DNA of 64,000 bases, taken from the NCBI GenBank assembly GCA_000806155.1, contig JWKX01000004.1, forward strand, positions 1,185 to 65,184, in the 5' to 3' direction. The translations under genes and the position numbers were made by a program. The first letter of the stretch is position 1; the number at the start of each line of letters is the position of its first letter. Under the pieces are notes generated by a model that worked only from the letters and a program-made list of their open reading frames with translations, searched no databases and had not been told where the DNA came from. Below are positions 38,310-48,207 of the stretch, piece by piece. This DNA comes from an archaeon GW2011_AR18 (lineage in GTDB: Archaea; Nanobdellota; Nanobdellia; SCGC-AAA011-G17; GW2011-AR18).

Positions 38310-38999
38310 ATGACTGGTTTATTAGTTAATGATAGAGATATAGTGTTTCCTGGGCAGGTATTAGCTGAAAGTATAGAATTCTTACCTGGGGAAGATGTAA
38401 TAAGAGAAAAAGAACAATTGATTTCTACAAAAATAGGAATAGCAAGCATAAATGGAAGATTTGTAAAATTAGTGCCATTAACAGGGCCATATATACCTAA
38501 AAGAGATGATATAGTAATAGGAAAGGTAGTAGGGATAGGTTTGAATGGATGGAGATTAGATATAGGATGGGCTTTTGAGGCTAACTTAAATTTAAAAGAT
38601 GCAACATCTGACTTTATAGAAAAGGGTGCAGACTTAACAAAATACTTTGATTATGGAGATTATCTAATGACAGGAATATCAAATGTGATAAGCACAAGAA
38701 TCATAGACTTAACAATGAAAGCACCAGGATTAAAGAAACTAGGAGAGGGACAGATAATAAAAGTAGGAAGCACAAAAGTCCCAAGAATAATAGGAAAACA
38801 GGGAAGCATGATAACAATGATAAAAGATTATACAGGATGCAGGATCTCAGTAGGACAGAATGGAGTAGTCTGGATAAATGGAGACAGTCCTGAAAAAGAA
38901 CATCTAGCTATAAGATCAATAAGAAAAATAGAGGCTGAAAGTCATATTAATGGATTAACAGACAGAATGAAAGAATTCTTGGAGCAAGAGAAAAAATGA
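38310..38999 (+). CDS. rrp4: Exosome complex RNA-binding subunit Rrp4.
   Basis: Has an S1 region (GDIVIGKVVGI...W.LDI) and a KH region (IGKQGSMITMIKDYTGCRISVGQNG). Confidence 0.9.
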   Translation: MTGLLVNDRDIVFPGQVLAESIEFLPGEDVIREKEQLISTKIGIASINGRFVKLVPLTGPYIPKRDDIVIGKVVGIGLNGWRLDIGWAFEANLNLKDATSDFIEKGADLTKYFDYGDYLMTGISNVISTRIIDLTMKAPGLKKLGEGQIIKVGSTKVPRIIGKQGSMITMIKDYTGCRISVGQNGVVWINGDSPEKEHLAIRSIRKIEAESHINGLTDRMKEFLEQEKK

Positions 39000-39706
39000 A
39001 TAAGACTTATGATAAAAGATTTGACGGAAGAAAATTTGATGAGATAAGACCAATGGAGGCTAAGGTAGGGGTAGTACCAAGAGCTAATGGAAGTGCAATG
39101 TTCAGAATTGGGGGAACAATAGCAATAGCAGCAGTATATGGTCCAAAAGAATTATATCCAGCATTCATGCAGGATCCAACAAAAGGAATACTAAGATGCG
39201 ATTATAATATGTTTGCATTCTCAGGAGCAGGAGATAGAGTAAAACCTGGAGGAAACAGAAGATCAAAAGAGATATCAATGGTAACAGAGAAAGCATTAAT
39301 CCCAATGCTAGACTTAAGTGCATATTCAGGAGCAGTAGTTGATGTGTCAATAGAACTAATACAGACAGACGCTGGAACAAGATGTGCTGGAATAACTGCA
39401 GCAGCATTAGCATTAGCAGATGCAGGAATACCAATGAAAGATCTAGTAACAGCAGTATCTGTAGGAAAAGTTGAAGATAAATTAATAGTTGACTTGAATT
39501 ACGAAGAGGATTCATATCCAGAGGGAGTAGACTTACCAGTTGCAATGGCAACAAGAACAGGAGAGATAACACTATTACAGATGGATGGAAGATTAACAAA
39601 AGAAGAGTTAAAAAAATTATTAGAGATGGCAAAAAAAGCATGTGCTGATATAAAAGAAGTACAGATAAAAGCACTAAAAGAAAAATACTCATTAGGTGGT
39701 AAATAA
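38996..39706 (+). CDS. rrp41: Exosome complex exonuclease Rrp41 (RNase PH fold).
   Basis: Contains FDGRKFDEIRP...ANGSAMF...DAGTR. Confidence 0.9.
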   Translation: MNKTYDKRFDGRKFDEIRPMEAKVGVVPRANGSAMFRIGGTIAIAAVYGPKELYPAFMQDPTKGILRCDYNMFAFSGAGDRVKPGGNRRSKEISMVTEKALIPMLDLSAYSGAVVDVSIELIQTDAGTRCAGITAAALALADAGIPMKDLVTAVSVGKVEDKLIVDLNYEEDSYPEGVDLPVAMATRTGEITLLQMDGRLTKEELKKLLEMAKKACADIKEVQIKALKEKYSLGGK

Positions 39707-39708
39707 AA

Positions 39709-40488
39709 ATGTCAGACATAGTAAGAAAACACACATTAAAATTGTTAGAACAGAATACAAGAAGCGATTTAAGAAAATTAGATGAGTATAGGACTATAAC
39801 ATTAGAATATGGAGCAGTAGGCGGAGCAGAGGGGTCTGCAAGAGTAAAGATAGGGGATACAGATGTACTTGCTGGAGTAAAATTTGAGGTAGGAAAACCA
39901 TTTCCAGATACACCAGATCAGGGATCAATAATGGTAAATGCAGAATTAAGACCAATGTCAAGCCCAGATTTCGAGCCAGGACCTCCAAACATAAAAGCAA
40001 TAGAGATGGCAAGAGTAATAGACAGAGCACTAAGAGAGGGTGGAGCTATAGATTTCAAAAAATTATGTATCAAAGAGGGAGAGGCAATGTGGATGGTAAT
40101 AGTAGATATATATCCAATAAATGATGCAGGAAACTTATTCGATGCAGCAAGCTTAGCAGCTTTAGCAGCAATAAAAGATGCAAAATTCCCTAAAATGGAT
40201 GCTCAGAATAAAATAGATTATCATGAGAGCACAAATAAAAAGATAGAGATGGGAACAATGCCATTATCATGTACAATATACAACATAGGTGGGAAAATAA
40301 TAGTGGATCCAACAAGTCAAGAGGAAGAACTATGTGATGCAAGGATAACAGTAGGAGTATTAGAAAACGGAACTATGTCTTCATTACAAAAAGGTGGAGA
40401 GTACGGATTAACAATAGATCAGGTAAATGAGATGGTAGATGTCGCAATAAAAAAATCAAAAGACCTAAGGAAGGTAATGCAAAAATGA
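39709..40488 (+). CDS. rrp42: Exosome complex subunit Rrp42.
   Basis: Has an RNase PH-like fold ([11 protein letters not shown]...AEGSARVK) and lies directly downstream of rrp41. Confidence 0.9.
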   Translation: MSDIVRKHTLKLLEQNTRSDLRKLDEYRTITLEYGAVGGAEGSARVKIGDTDVLAGVKFEVGKPFPDTPDQGSIMVNAELRPMSSPDFEPGPPNIKAIEMARVIDRALREGGAIDFKKLCIKEGEAMWMVIVDIYPINDAGNLFDAASLAALAAIKDAKFPKMDAQNKIDYHESTNKKIEMGTMPLSCTIYNIGGKIIVDPTSQEEELCDARITVGVLENGTMSSLQKGGEYGLTIDQVNEMVDVAIKKSKDLRKVMQK

Positions 40489-40688
40489 AATACACAAAAT
40501 ACGAGAGAGCAAGACTAATAGGAGCAAGAGCTTTGCAGATATCAATGGGAGCACCAATACTAGTAAAATTAACAGAAGAGGATTTTGAGAGGATAAATTA
40601 CAACCCTGTTGATATAGCTAAGATGGAATTAGAAAAGGGAGTACTTCCTATAACAGTAAAAAGACCATTCCCAATAAAGGTTGAATAA
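40485..40688 (+). CDS. rpoK: DNA-directed RNA polymerase subunit K (Rpo6).
   Basis: Contains [20 protein letters not shown]. Confidence 0.9.
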   Translation: MKYTKYERARLIGARALQISMGAPILVKLTEEDFERINYNPVDIAKMELEKGVLPITVKRPFPIKVE

Positions 40689-40700
40689 ATTTTTATTTTT

Positions 40701-41690
40701 ATGATAATTAAAAACTTTAAAAAAAACTTGTTATATTTCTGGAAGAACTCATTCAAGATAGAGAGCGATGAGAATACTACAATACTAGATTTAAATATCA
40801 ATGATGAAGACTATAATAAAATAAAAAATGAATTAAATAATAAGAAAATAGATAACAGCCAGGTATTGAATTCCTTAAAAGAAAAATTAAATTTTTTAAA
40901 TGATAAAGATTATGCATTACTTGAAGAAAAAATATTTGAGTGCATGAAAAAACCATGGAAATTATTCATAGAAAAACCTACACAGATACCAAGACCGATG
41001 AATATCTTATTCTCTAAAGATGATGGAATAAAAGAATTCTTAATATTTTCAACAACATCACAACATTTTGATGCAGCATTAAATGCAAATAATCATGTAA
41101 TAGCAGAAGTAAACAAAAGACTAGTAAATGAAGACAGGAAAAAAATAAGTGATGAAAAATTATTCATAATAATAAAAGAGGGAATTGATGAGGTATTCAA
41201 AGATCTGAATTTTGATCTAAGACTTGGAGTGAGATTTGACAATCATTCAAACGGGAAATACCTCTATAATGGAAAAGAATTAACTGGAAATGAACAGCTA
41301 GAATATGTAAAAACATTAATAGAAACTTACGGATTAATCTATATAGAAAACCCATTCTATGAAAATGAGATAGAACTTTATAAAAAATTGAGCGAAGAAG
41401 TGAGACATAAATGTTTAGTATGCATAAACTCAAAGATAAATGAGTATTCAAGACAATTAACAGAAAAAGTATTCAATACTGCATTGCTAAAATTCCATTC
41501 AATATCACAATTTGAGAATGATACAAAGATATTCAAGGAGAACAATATAAACATACTAAGTGATACAAATACAAATGCTGATGTACTTGCAGGGCTGGGA
41601 ATACCATTAGTAAAAATCTATAATAATCCAGAAGGAAACAAATTCACAGAAAGAATAAAAAAGATAGAGAGAGAATTAACAGAAATATAA
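40701..41690 (+). CDS. Enolase-like protein with a degenerate active site.
   Basis: The C-terminal barrel aligns to enolase (YIENPF ~ SIEDG/P; LLKFHS ~ LIKFNQ; ERIKKIERELTE ~ YNQLLRIEEEL). However, GDD is replaced by INS and SHRSGET by SDTNTNA. It sits in the conserved rpoK-eno-rps2 position. Confidence 0.55.
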   Translation: MIIKNFKKNLLYFWKNSFKIESDENTTILDLNINDEDYNKIKNELNNKKIDNSQVLNSLKEKLNFLNDKDYALLEEKIFECMKKPWKLFIEKPTQIPRPMNILFSKDDGIKEFLIFSTTSQHFDAALNANNHVIAEVNKRLVNEDRKKISDEKLFIIIKEGIDEVFKDLNFDLRLGVRFDNHSNGKYLYNGKELTGNEQLEYVKTLIETYGLIYIENPFYENEIELYKKLSEEVRHKCLVCINSKINEYSRQLTEKVFNTALLKFHSISQFENDTKIFKENNINILSDTNTNADVLAGLGIPLVKIYNNPEGNKFTERIKKIERELTEI

Positions 41691-41766
41691 AATCTTATAT
41701 TTTACAACACTGAAATAGAAATATATATAAAGAAGTTATATCATAAATCATTTAATAAAAAGGGAG

Positions 41767-42450
41767 GTGTTAAGTTTGGGAGTTGAGGGATTAGTATCAA
41801 CTGGAAACTTATTCTTAAAGCCATTAGAACAATTATGGCGGGATTTTATTCAAATTTTTCCTAATATAGTTGTTGCAATATTATTATTAGTATTAGGCTA
41901 CTTTGTCGCATTCATAGTAGGACATGTAGTTAAATGGTTATTAGAAAAAGTAGGATTGAACAAATACATAAAAGAGGCGCATTTAACAAAAGAGATGGGA
42001 CATACGAACGTTCCTAATTTAACAGGAGATCTAGTAAAATGGTTTGTATTCATAATATTCTTGCAGGTAGCTGTAGAGATATTAAATCTGAGTACATTAA
42101 GCAGTCTATTAGATGAGTTCGTAAGATGGTTACCTAATGTATTAGTAGCTATAATAGTATTCTTTGTAGGAGTAGCTTTAGCTCATTATGTAGATTACAA
42201 GATAAGATCACATACAAACATGAGAGGGATGAAAGTCCTAAGTGGAGTATTGAAAGTTGTAATCTTATTCCTAGCAATAATAGTAGGATTAGGACAGATA
42301 GGAGTTAAAGTTGGAGTACTAGAGAATGCATTCTTGATACTAGTAGGAGCATTAGGACTAGGATTTGCTTTAGCAATGGGAATAGGCTTAGGTCTTGGAT
42401 TGAAAGACGAAGCTGAAGACATAGTAAGCAAATTCAAAAAGAACTTATAA
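41767..42450 (+). CDS. Polytopic membrane protein (conserved TM-helix-repeat / small mechanosensitive-like).
   Basis: Has about 5 TM helices. The start is GTG or TTG behind GGGAGGTG. Confidence 0.35.
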   Translation: MLSLGVEGLVSTGNLFLKPLEQLWRDFIQIFPNIVVAILLLVLGYFVAFIVGHVVKWLLEKVGLNKYIKEAHLTKEMGHTNVPNLTGDLVKWFVFIIFLQVAVEILNLSTLSSLLDEFVRWLPNVLVAIIVFFVGVALAHYVDYKIRSHTNMRGMKVLSGVLKVVILFLAIIVGLGQIGVKVGVLENAFLILVGALGLGFALAMGIGLGLGLKDEAEDIVSKFKKNL

Positions 42451-42531
42451 CTCTTTTATTTATTTTTTTTAAATTTTTTAATTCTAAGTTTTTCAGATAA
42501 TTTTATATACCTATATAGACTTTATATTTTT

Positions 42532-43560
42532 ATGAAGAGGTTATTCTTAATAGGAATTTTATTTGTTTTTATAACTATATTGAGTGCTTGTCAAAGTGTT
42601 TATAATCAACTTGGTTACACTCCTTCTGAAGCTTATTTATCAAATTTTTGCTCAAAGGCAGAAAATAAGAATGCTTGCGAGCTTATAGAGAAAAGTTCAT
42701 ATAATTTATGTGATACATATACTGAAAATTGTGAAACTGTAAATAATGACACTTGGTCTTATTTATTACCATCAAAGGAGACGACAACAATAGATCCAAT
42801 TGAATGTGAGAAATTATCCTTCAGTTCATATTATAAAGAAAGGTGCTTAACAGCATCAGCTTTTGATAGTAAGAATAAAGAAACATGTAACCTCATATCT
42901 TATGAAAGAAATAAATGGGTATGCGTTATAGGTTCTGCAACATCAGAAAATGATTGTAATGATATACCAAAGAATAAAAAAATGTCAACAGGAGACCATT
43001 TCAGTTTTGTTAAAGATGAATGCCTTCTATCTTTGGCTTTAAGGGATAAAGATATAAAATTATGCACAAAAGACTCTAACAAAAATGAAGCAGGATGGTG
43101 TATAAGCACTATAGTTAGCAATTATGGAGTTGATAAAACAGTTTGTGATTCATTATCAACAACTTCTACTCCTGGAAAATCATATTATACAACTGAATAT
43201 GATGCATGCTATTATGGACTAGCGCAATTCAATAAAGATGTATCAACATGTTCATCAATAAAAACTAATTATCTAAAAGCAGAGTGCATTGGCAAAGTTG
43301 GAACTATAAATGATTGTGATAATATTCCTGATAATATAATGGAAGAGGGATCATACTATTCCATGAGTGATGGATGTGTGTTCGCACAAATCAATAAGAT
43401 ACAGGATGTAAATTTCTGTTCTCACACAACAACAAATGAAGGACACGATTTCTGTGTAGACTTATATGTTAGAATAACAGGAGACAAACAACCTTGTGAA
43501 CTTATAAAAAATGCACAATTAAAAACTACTTGTAAAAGACAAGCAACATTAAATGACTAA
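42532..43560 (+). CDS. Cys-rich secreted lipoprotein-like protein.
   Basis: Has a signal ending ILSAC (lipobox-like) and many regularly spaced Cys residues. Confidence 0.4.
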   Translation: MKRLFLIGILFVFITILSACQSVYNQLGYTPSEAYLSNFCSKAENKNACELIEKSSYNLCDTYTENCETVNNDTWSYLLPSKETTTIDPIECEKLSFSSYYKERCLTASAFDSKNKETCNLISYERNKWVCVIGSATSENDCNDIPKNKKMSTGDHFSFVKDECLLSLALRDKDIKLCTKDSNKNEAGWCISTIVSNYGVDKTVCDSLSTTSTPGKSYYTTEYDACYYGLAQFNKDVSTCSSIKTNYLKAECIGKVGTINDCDNIPDNIMEEGSYYSMSDGCVFAQINKIQDVNFCSHTTTNEGHDFCVDLYVRITGDKQPCELIKNAQLKTTCKRQATLND

Positions 43561-43967
43561 TTGTCATATTTCTCTAAAATTTCAATATCTTTCTTATCCT
43601 TATCACGATTACTAATCTTTTTCCATTTCAAAACTTCTTTTAATCTTACAAATGGCAATCCATCAATAATCTCGCTTTCTTTAATCAATTTATTAATATC
43701 CCACTCGCCAGAACCCCAACCATTAGATAATTCTATTCTATTATTTTCTAGAATTTCTCTAACTTTTCCATTTATAGTAAATTTTGTGAGTTTCCATTCA
43801 GGTTTTTTTCTATATTCTTTCCATATTTTATTACTAACAATAATGTCTAGATCATGAGAATCTCTCAAATTTTTAGCAGCCATAGGTCCACTGCCAAAGA
43901 TAGCATATTCTCCTATTGAAATATTAAGATCTTTTAATTTTTTTATTAAATTCCTGAAGTTTTCCAC
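43557..43967 (-). CDS. Small nucleotidyltransferase-fold protein.
   Basis: Contains the GSG...SHDLDII pattern (GS-x-n-DxD). Confidence 0.4.
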   Translation of the reverse strand: MENFRNLIKKLKDLNISIGEYAIFGSGPMAAKNLRDSHDLDIIVSNKIWKEYRKKPEWKLTKFTINGKVREILENNRIELSNGWGSGEWDINKLIKESEIIDGLPFVRLKEVLKWKKISNRDKDKKDIEILEKYDN

Positions 43968-44085
43968 CTTTAATTTGTGATAATAAGATTTATAAACCTT
44001 CTAAATTTCCAAATTTTAAAGCCAAAGATTGCTGAGGCAAGAAACAAGCAAACTAGTTTTCTTTGAGCTTTAGGAATGATAAAAA

Positions 44086-44691
44086 ATGACAACAGAAGAA
44101 CAACATTCATTAGTGCCACAAGATGAATACTTAAAAGTAGGATTACATATTGGAACAAAATTCAGAACAAAGGCAATGATGCCATTCATATACAAAGTAA
44201 GACCAGATGGATTAAGTGTATTAAATGTACAAAAAATAAATGAGAGATTAGAATTAGCAGGAAAATTATTATCAAATTACAAGCCAGAAGATGTATTAGT
44301 TGTATGCAGAAGAGAGAACGGATGGAGTGCAGTAGAGATGTTCTCAAAAGTAACAGGAATAAGATCATTTACAGGAAGATACCATCCTGGTGTATTAACA
44401 AACACTAAATTAGAAGATTTCATAGAGGTAAAATTAATATTTGTGACAGATCCATTCCCAGACAAAAATCTAGTAGAGGATGCTGCAAAAATAGGGATAC
44501 CAGTAATTGCATTATGTGATACAAATAATGAGTTGAATAATATTGATTTAGTAATACCGTGTAATAATAAGGGTAAAAAGAGCCTTGGGTTGATATTCTA
44601 TATCCTTGCAAGAGAGTATCAAAGGAATAGAGGGATAATAAATAGCAATGATGAATTCACTCCTAAAATAGATGAATTCAGTCCAGAATAA
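44086..44691 (+). CDS. rps2: 30S ribosomal protein S2 (uS2).
   Basis: Contains YLKVGLHIGT...RPDGLSVLNV.K...L..A.....P.DVLVV..R...VTDP...AV.EA..IGIP.IALCDTN. Confidence 0.9.
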   Translation: MTTEEQHSLVPQDEYLKVGLHIGTKFRTKAMMPFIYKVRPDGLSVLNVQKINERLELAGKLLSNYKPEDVLVVCRRENGWSAVEMFSKVTGIRSFTGRYHPGVLTNTKLEDFIEVKLIFVTDPFPDKNLVEDAAKIGIPVIALCDTNNELNNIDLVIPCNNKGKKSLGLIFYILAREYQRNRGIINSNDEFTPKIDEFSPE

Positions 44692-44796
44692 TTACTTTAT
44701 TTTTTATAATATTTTTTAATTTTTCTTACAAAATTGTAAAAACCACTGGAAATTTTTCCGAAAGGTATATATATTTATTCCTCTATAATTATTAAT

Positions 44797-45150
44797 GTGA
44801 CTATGGAAAGAATGGTTTTTGATGACTTAATGACTGTGATGCAGGTAAGACCTAATTATTCTATTGTATATCAATTCAAGCCAACATTAAAACTAGAAAA
44901 GAGACATGTCAAGACACAAAAACATTTTATAACTCATATAAAAGAGTTATCAACAAACTGGAAAGATGGAAGTTATTTTTTAAAATCACCTAAGGGGACA
45001 TTTGCATATTTTAATATTAATGGAAGCAGAATATCATTAGCAAAGAAGTCAAAACTAGGAAAAGAGTATTTATGCTGGCAATATTTTACAGACAGTAATA
45101 TGGGTTCTAAAAAAGTTGCTAAAGCAGCAATAAAAGTAAAATCCAGATAA
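44797..45150 (+). CDS. Hypothetical protein.
   Basis: ORF only. The probable start is the ATG at 44803. Confidence 0.3.
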   Translation: MTMERMVFDDLMTVMQVRPNYSIVYQFKPTLKLEKRHVKTQKHFITHIKELSTNWKDGSYFLKSPKGTFAYFNINGSRISLAKKSKLGKEYLCWQYFTDSNMGSKKVAKAAIKVKSR

Positions 45151-45299
45151 TTTTATTCTAAACTTCTTTATTTGTTTTATATTAAGTTCAATCTATATCA
45201 TCTTTTAGAATCATGTTGTTACTGTATTGTAATTATAAACTTTTATATATAACATCTGTCCAAAATATATTAATAAAAATTTAAAAGAGGTTGATGTAA

Positions 45300-47285
45300 T
45301 TGAGAAATATAATAAAAAAAGGATCTATATCTATATTGTTGTTATTTGTTTTTATTTTTGGAAGCAGTTTGGTTTCTAGTCAGTTCTTTGATGGTACTGC
45401 ACCAAGTTGTAGTGGAGCAGCTCCTTGTGCACCAGGAACACCAGTAGGAGTAAATACAACAGATAATGACTTAGTAATAGGAGATAATAGTGTAGAGACA
45501 TTTAATTTTACTATATGGTGGAATCAAAGTTCAACTTTAAATATTACAAGCATAAACTTCTCATTCGTTAAAGGAAATATCACATTAAATTATTCACATG
45601 CAAAATTAGGTGGTGGAGGAACTAATGGAAGTGCAGTATTCAATAACACTTTTGGTTCTGGAAATTATACACCATGGATATGCAGTAATCTTTCACTTGG
45701 TATAAATTTAGGTGCAGGAGTTAATTCAGCAGGTGGAAATGATTATTTCTGTAGAGCTGCAAATATGTCAGGAAATACACATGCAATAGGTTTTGGTAGT
45801 GCTGGAGAACATTGGAGACCAACAAATATTTCAGCATTCTGGTTTGTAGTAAGAAGTGCAAATAAAACAGATGGTGAACTATTAGGAAACGCTACAGAGA
45901 CACCAGGAAATATTGTAATAAATATTACTGTAAACGTAACAGCAAGCATTGATACATCATTTGGAATAAATTCAACAGTGGTAAGATTAACATTAGATAC
46001 AATGCCACCGAGAATAAACTTGACAAGTCCATTAAATGAAACATGGACAAAGTCGAGAACAGTAAACTTCTCATATATACCAACAGATAATTTCCTAAAG
46101 AACTGTTCATTAGTTGGAGACTTTAGCAGTCCTGGAGGATTCAAAACAAATCTAACAGTAAGCAGTACAGGAGATGGAACAGCATTTGGAAGAAATGCAA
46201 ATGATGGAGTAGTAAATGGAAACGGTTCAGTAAATAACATTACAGCAATAAATCTTCCTGATAATTATACAGGATATACATGGGCTATAGCTTGTTATGA
46301 TAGAGTACACCATTTGAACTACACAAGAGACAACTACACATTATATGTAGATGGAACAGCTCCAACAGGAATGACAGCAACATCATCTGAAGGAACATCA
46401 TTGCAGAATGGACAGATATCAACATTAACATGTAACTCAGTTGAATCTAATCCTAGTACAACAAGGGTAAGCGTTTCTGGAGTAACAGCTCCTTTGAAGA
46501 CATGTGCAAGCACATCCTTGTGTAGTACACCCTATACATTTGATGGTACTGGAACAAAGACAGTAACATGTTACACACAGGATAAGGCTGGAAATTCAGT
46601 TACAAAGACCTTAAGCATTGAGGTAGTTTCAGCTGCATCTGCAACAGAATCATCTGTAAGCAGTGGAGGAAGTGGAGGAAGCGGATCATCTAGTTCAATA
46701 GCAGTAAATACACAGGAACCAAACCAAGAGGTAAAGTATACTGTGAACAATAATGCTATAGGTGTAAGTGAGGTAAAATTCACACCTGATGGTGCAGTAA
46801 GTAATGCAAAACTTACAGTAAGTTCATTAGCAGCTCCAGCAGCTGGAGTCAGTACACCTGATGTAACTGTATACAAGTATTTCGAAGTAAATAAAGTAAA
46901 CTTCGGAGATGCAAATGTAAAGAAAGCAGAACTTACATTTACTGTATCAAACACATGGTTAACTGAACATGGAATGAGCAGAGACCAAGTAGTATTGATG
47001 AAGCATACCAATAATAATTGGGAACAATTGCCGACATCCTATGTAAAAGAACAAAGTGGATACCAATACTACACAGCACAGAGTGCAGGTTTCAGCTTAT
47101 TCGCAATAGGTACAAAGAAAGTTGAAGGAACAACAACTGAGACAACAGAAGAACAAACAACAGAACCAGCAACATCTGGCACTACAAAAGAGAAAACAAA
47201 TGTAATGCCATTCGTGCTAGTATTAGTAGTACTAATATTAATAGCTGGAATAGTATACTTTGTACTGAACAGGAAAAACCGTTAA
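45300..47285 (+). CDS. Large surface (S-layer-like) glycoprotein with a PGF-pre-PGF-like domain and a C-terminal TM anchor.
   Basis: Has a TTG start 3 nt after AGAGGTTGATGTAA and a signal peptide. Dozens of N-x-S/T sequons are present. The C-terminal block VYKYFEVNKVNF...AELTFTVSNTWL...VVLMKH.NNNWEQLPT...GFSLFAIG is followed by a Thr/Glu-rich linker, a TM helix and a basic tail. Confidence 0.65.
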   Translation: MRNIIKKGSISILLLFVFIFGSSLVSSQFFDGTAPSCSGAAPCAPGTPVGVNTTDNDLVIGDNSVETFNFTIWWNQSSTLNITSINFSFVKGNITLNYSHAKLGGGGTNGSAVFNNTFGSGNYTPWICSNLSLGINLGAGVNSAGGNDYFCRAANMSGNTHAIGFGSAGEHWRPTNISAFWFVVRSANKTDGELLGNATETPGNIVINITVNVTASIDTSFGINSTVVRLTLDTMPPRINLTSPLNETWTKSRTVNFSYIPTDNFLKNCSLVGDFSSPGGFKTNLTVSSTGDGTAFGRNANDGVVNGNGSVNNITAINLPDNYTGYTWAIACYDRVHHLNYTRDNYTLYVDGTAPTGMTATSSEGTSLQNGQISTLTCNSVESNPSTTRVSVSGVTAPLKTCASTSLCSTPYTFDGTGTKTVTCYTQDKAGNSVTKTLSIEVVSAASATESSVSSGGSGGSGSSSSIAVNTQEPNQEVKYTVNNNAIGVSEVKFTPDGAVSNAKLTVSSLAAPAAGVSTPDVTVYKYFEVNKVNFGDANVKKAELTFTVSNTWLTEHGMSRDQVVLMKHTNNNWEQLPTSYVKEQSGYQYYTAQSAGFSLFAIGTKKVEGTTTETTEEQTTEPATSGTTKEKTNVMPFVLVLVVLILIAGIVYFVLNRKNR

Positions 47286-47296
47286 GTGAGAAAAAC

Positions 47297-47337
47297 CGCA
47301 GGGCGATAAACGTCTTGCGTGAATTTTATTTTTTTTA
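47297..47337 (+). terminator. Hairpin plus T-run downstream of the surface-protein gene.
   Basis: An 8-bp stem CGCAGGGC/GUCUUGCG (with two G.U pairs) and a 7-nt loop are followed by tgaattttatttttttt. Confidence 0.35.
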
Positions 47338-47379
47338 ATAATATTTATATACATAATGATAACAATAAAATAGAGGTTG

Positions 47380-48195
47380 ATGAGATTGAAGAGAGCTAAA
47401 ATCGTAGGGTTTGTTTCCATAAAAGGTGGTGTGGGAAAAACAACAACAGTTTCTAATCTAGGATTAATATTAGCCAAGAATTTCAAGAAAAAAGTACTAA
47501 TAGTAGATGGGAATTTTTCAGGACCAAATCTAGCATTACATTTCGGATTCAATAAAGCAGGGAATAGTCTGCATGATGTACTAGAGGGAAAGGTAAATTT
47601 ACATAAAGCAATATATGAACATACATCAGGATTACACTTATTACCTGCTGCATTATATTCAAGAAAAGTAGATTATGCAAGATTCCATCAATATATGGCA
47701 TCATTAAGAAGCTATTATGATTTAATATTAATAGATTCATCACCAGCATCAAATGCAGAGATGCTAGCTACAGTACTTGCTTCAGATGAATTATTTGTAA
47801 TAACAACACCAGACCATGTAACATTATCAAGCACAATGCATGCAATAAAACTAGCAAGACAGAAAAGAACATACTTATCAGGAATAATACTAAACAAAGT
47901 AAAAGGAAAAAAATATGAATTAGGATTAGATTATATACAAGATCTAACAAAAGTCCCAGTAGTGAGTGTATTAAAAGAGGATGAAAAAATCTTAGAGGCA
48001 TTATCAAAAAGCAAACCATTATCTGCATTAAATAATAATAGAGATAGTGTAGTAGAATACAAGAAATTAGCTGCTGCATTAATAGGTGAGAGATATAAAG
48101 ATACAAGAATAAAATCAAGAGTAAAAGGATTATTTACTAAAAAAGTAACACAGGATGAAGTAAATAGAGCTATTGTTATGGTAAGTCATTATTAG
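47380..48195 (+). CDS. ParA/MinD-family P-loop ATPase.
   Basis: Contains the deviant Walker A motif SIKGGVGKTTT and Walker B LILIDSSP. The ATG at 47380 is behind TAGAGGT. Confidence 0.75.
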   Translation: MRLKRAKIVGFVSIKGGVGKTTTVSNLGLILAKNFKKKVLIVDGNFSGPNLALHFGFNKAGNSLHDVLEGKVNLHKAIYEHTSGLHLLPAALYSRKVDYARFHQYMASLRSYYDLILIDSSPASNAEMLATVLASDELFVITTPDHVTLSSTMHAIKLARQKRTYLSGIILNKVKGKKYELGLDYIQDLTKVPVVSVLKEDEKILEALSKSKPLSALNNNRDSVVEYKKLAAALIGERYKDTRIKSRVKGLFTKKVTQDEVNRAIVMVSHY

Positions 48196-48207
48196 ATAAT
48201 TTTATTA

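Noticed and set aside
37589-38449. A 286-codon minus-strand ORF overlapping SBDS and rrp4.
   Set aside because: It is antisense to two confidently identified genes. Its product is a low-complexity Ser/Phe/Ile/Cys-rich string, typical of the complement of purine-rich coding sequence. No start context or motif is present.
39165-39734. A 189-codon Leu-rich minus-strand ORF. Many similar ones occur, for example 3313..3498, 3505..3765, 5070..5312, 44186..44368, 47768..48118, 54589..54801 and 62288..62503.
   Set aside because: All are antisense shadows of real genes. Their poly-Leu/Phe composition follows from GAA/AAG-rich sense codons.
45286-47382. A shared 11-mer AGAGGTTGATG upstream of both the surface-protein gene (45286-45296) and the ParA/MinD gene (47372-47382), considered as a regulatory repeat.
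   Set aside because: It is most simply a Shine-Dalgarno site (GAGGT) plus start-codon context. Two occurrences of an 11-mer that contains the RBS consensus are weak evidence for anything else.
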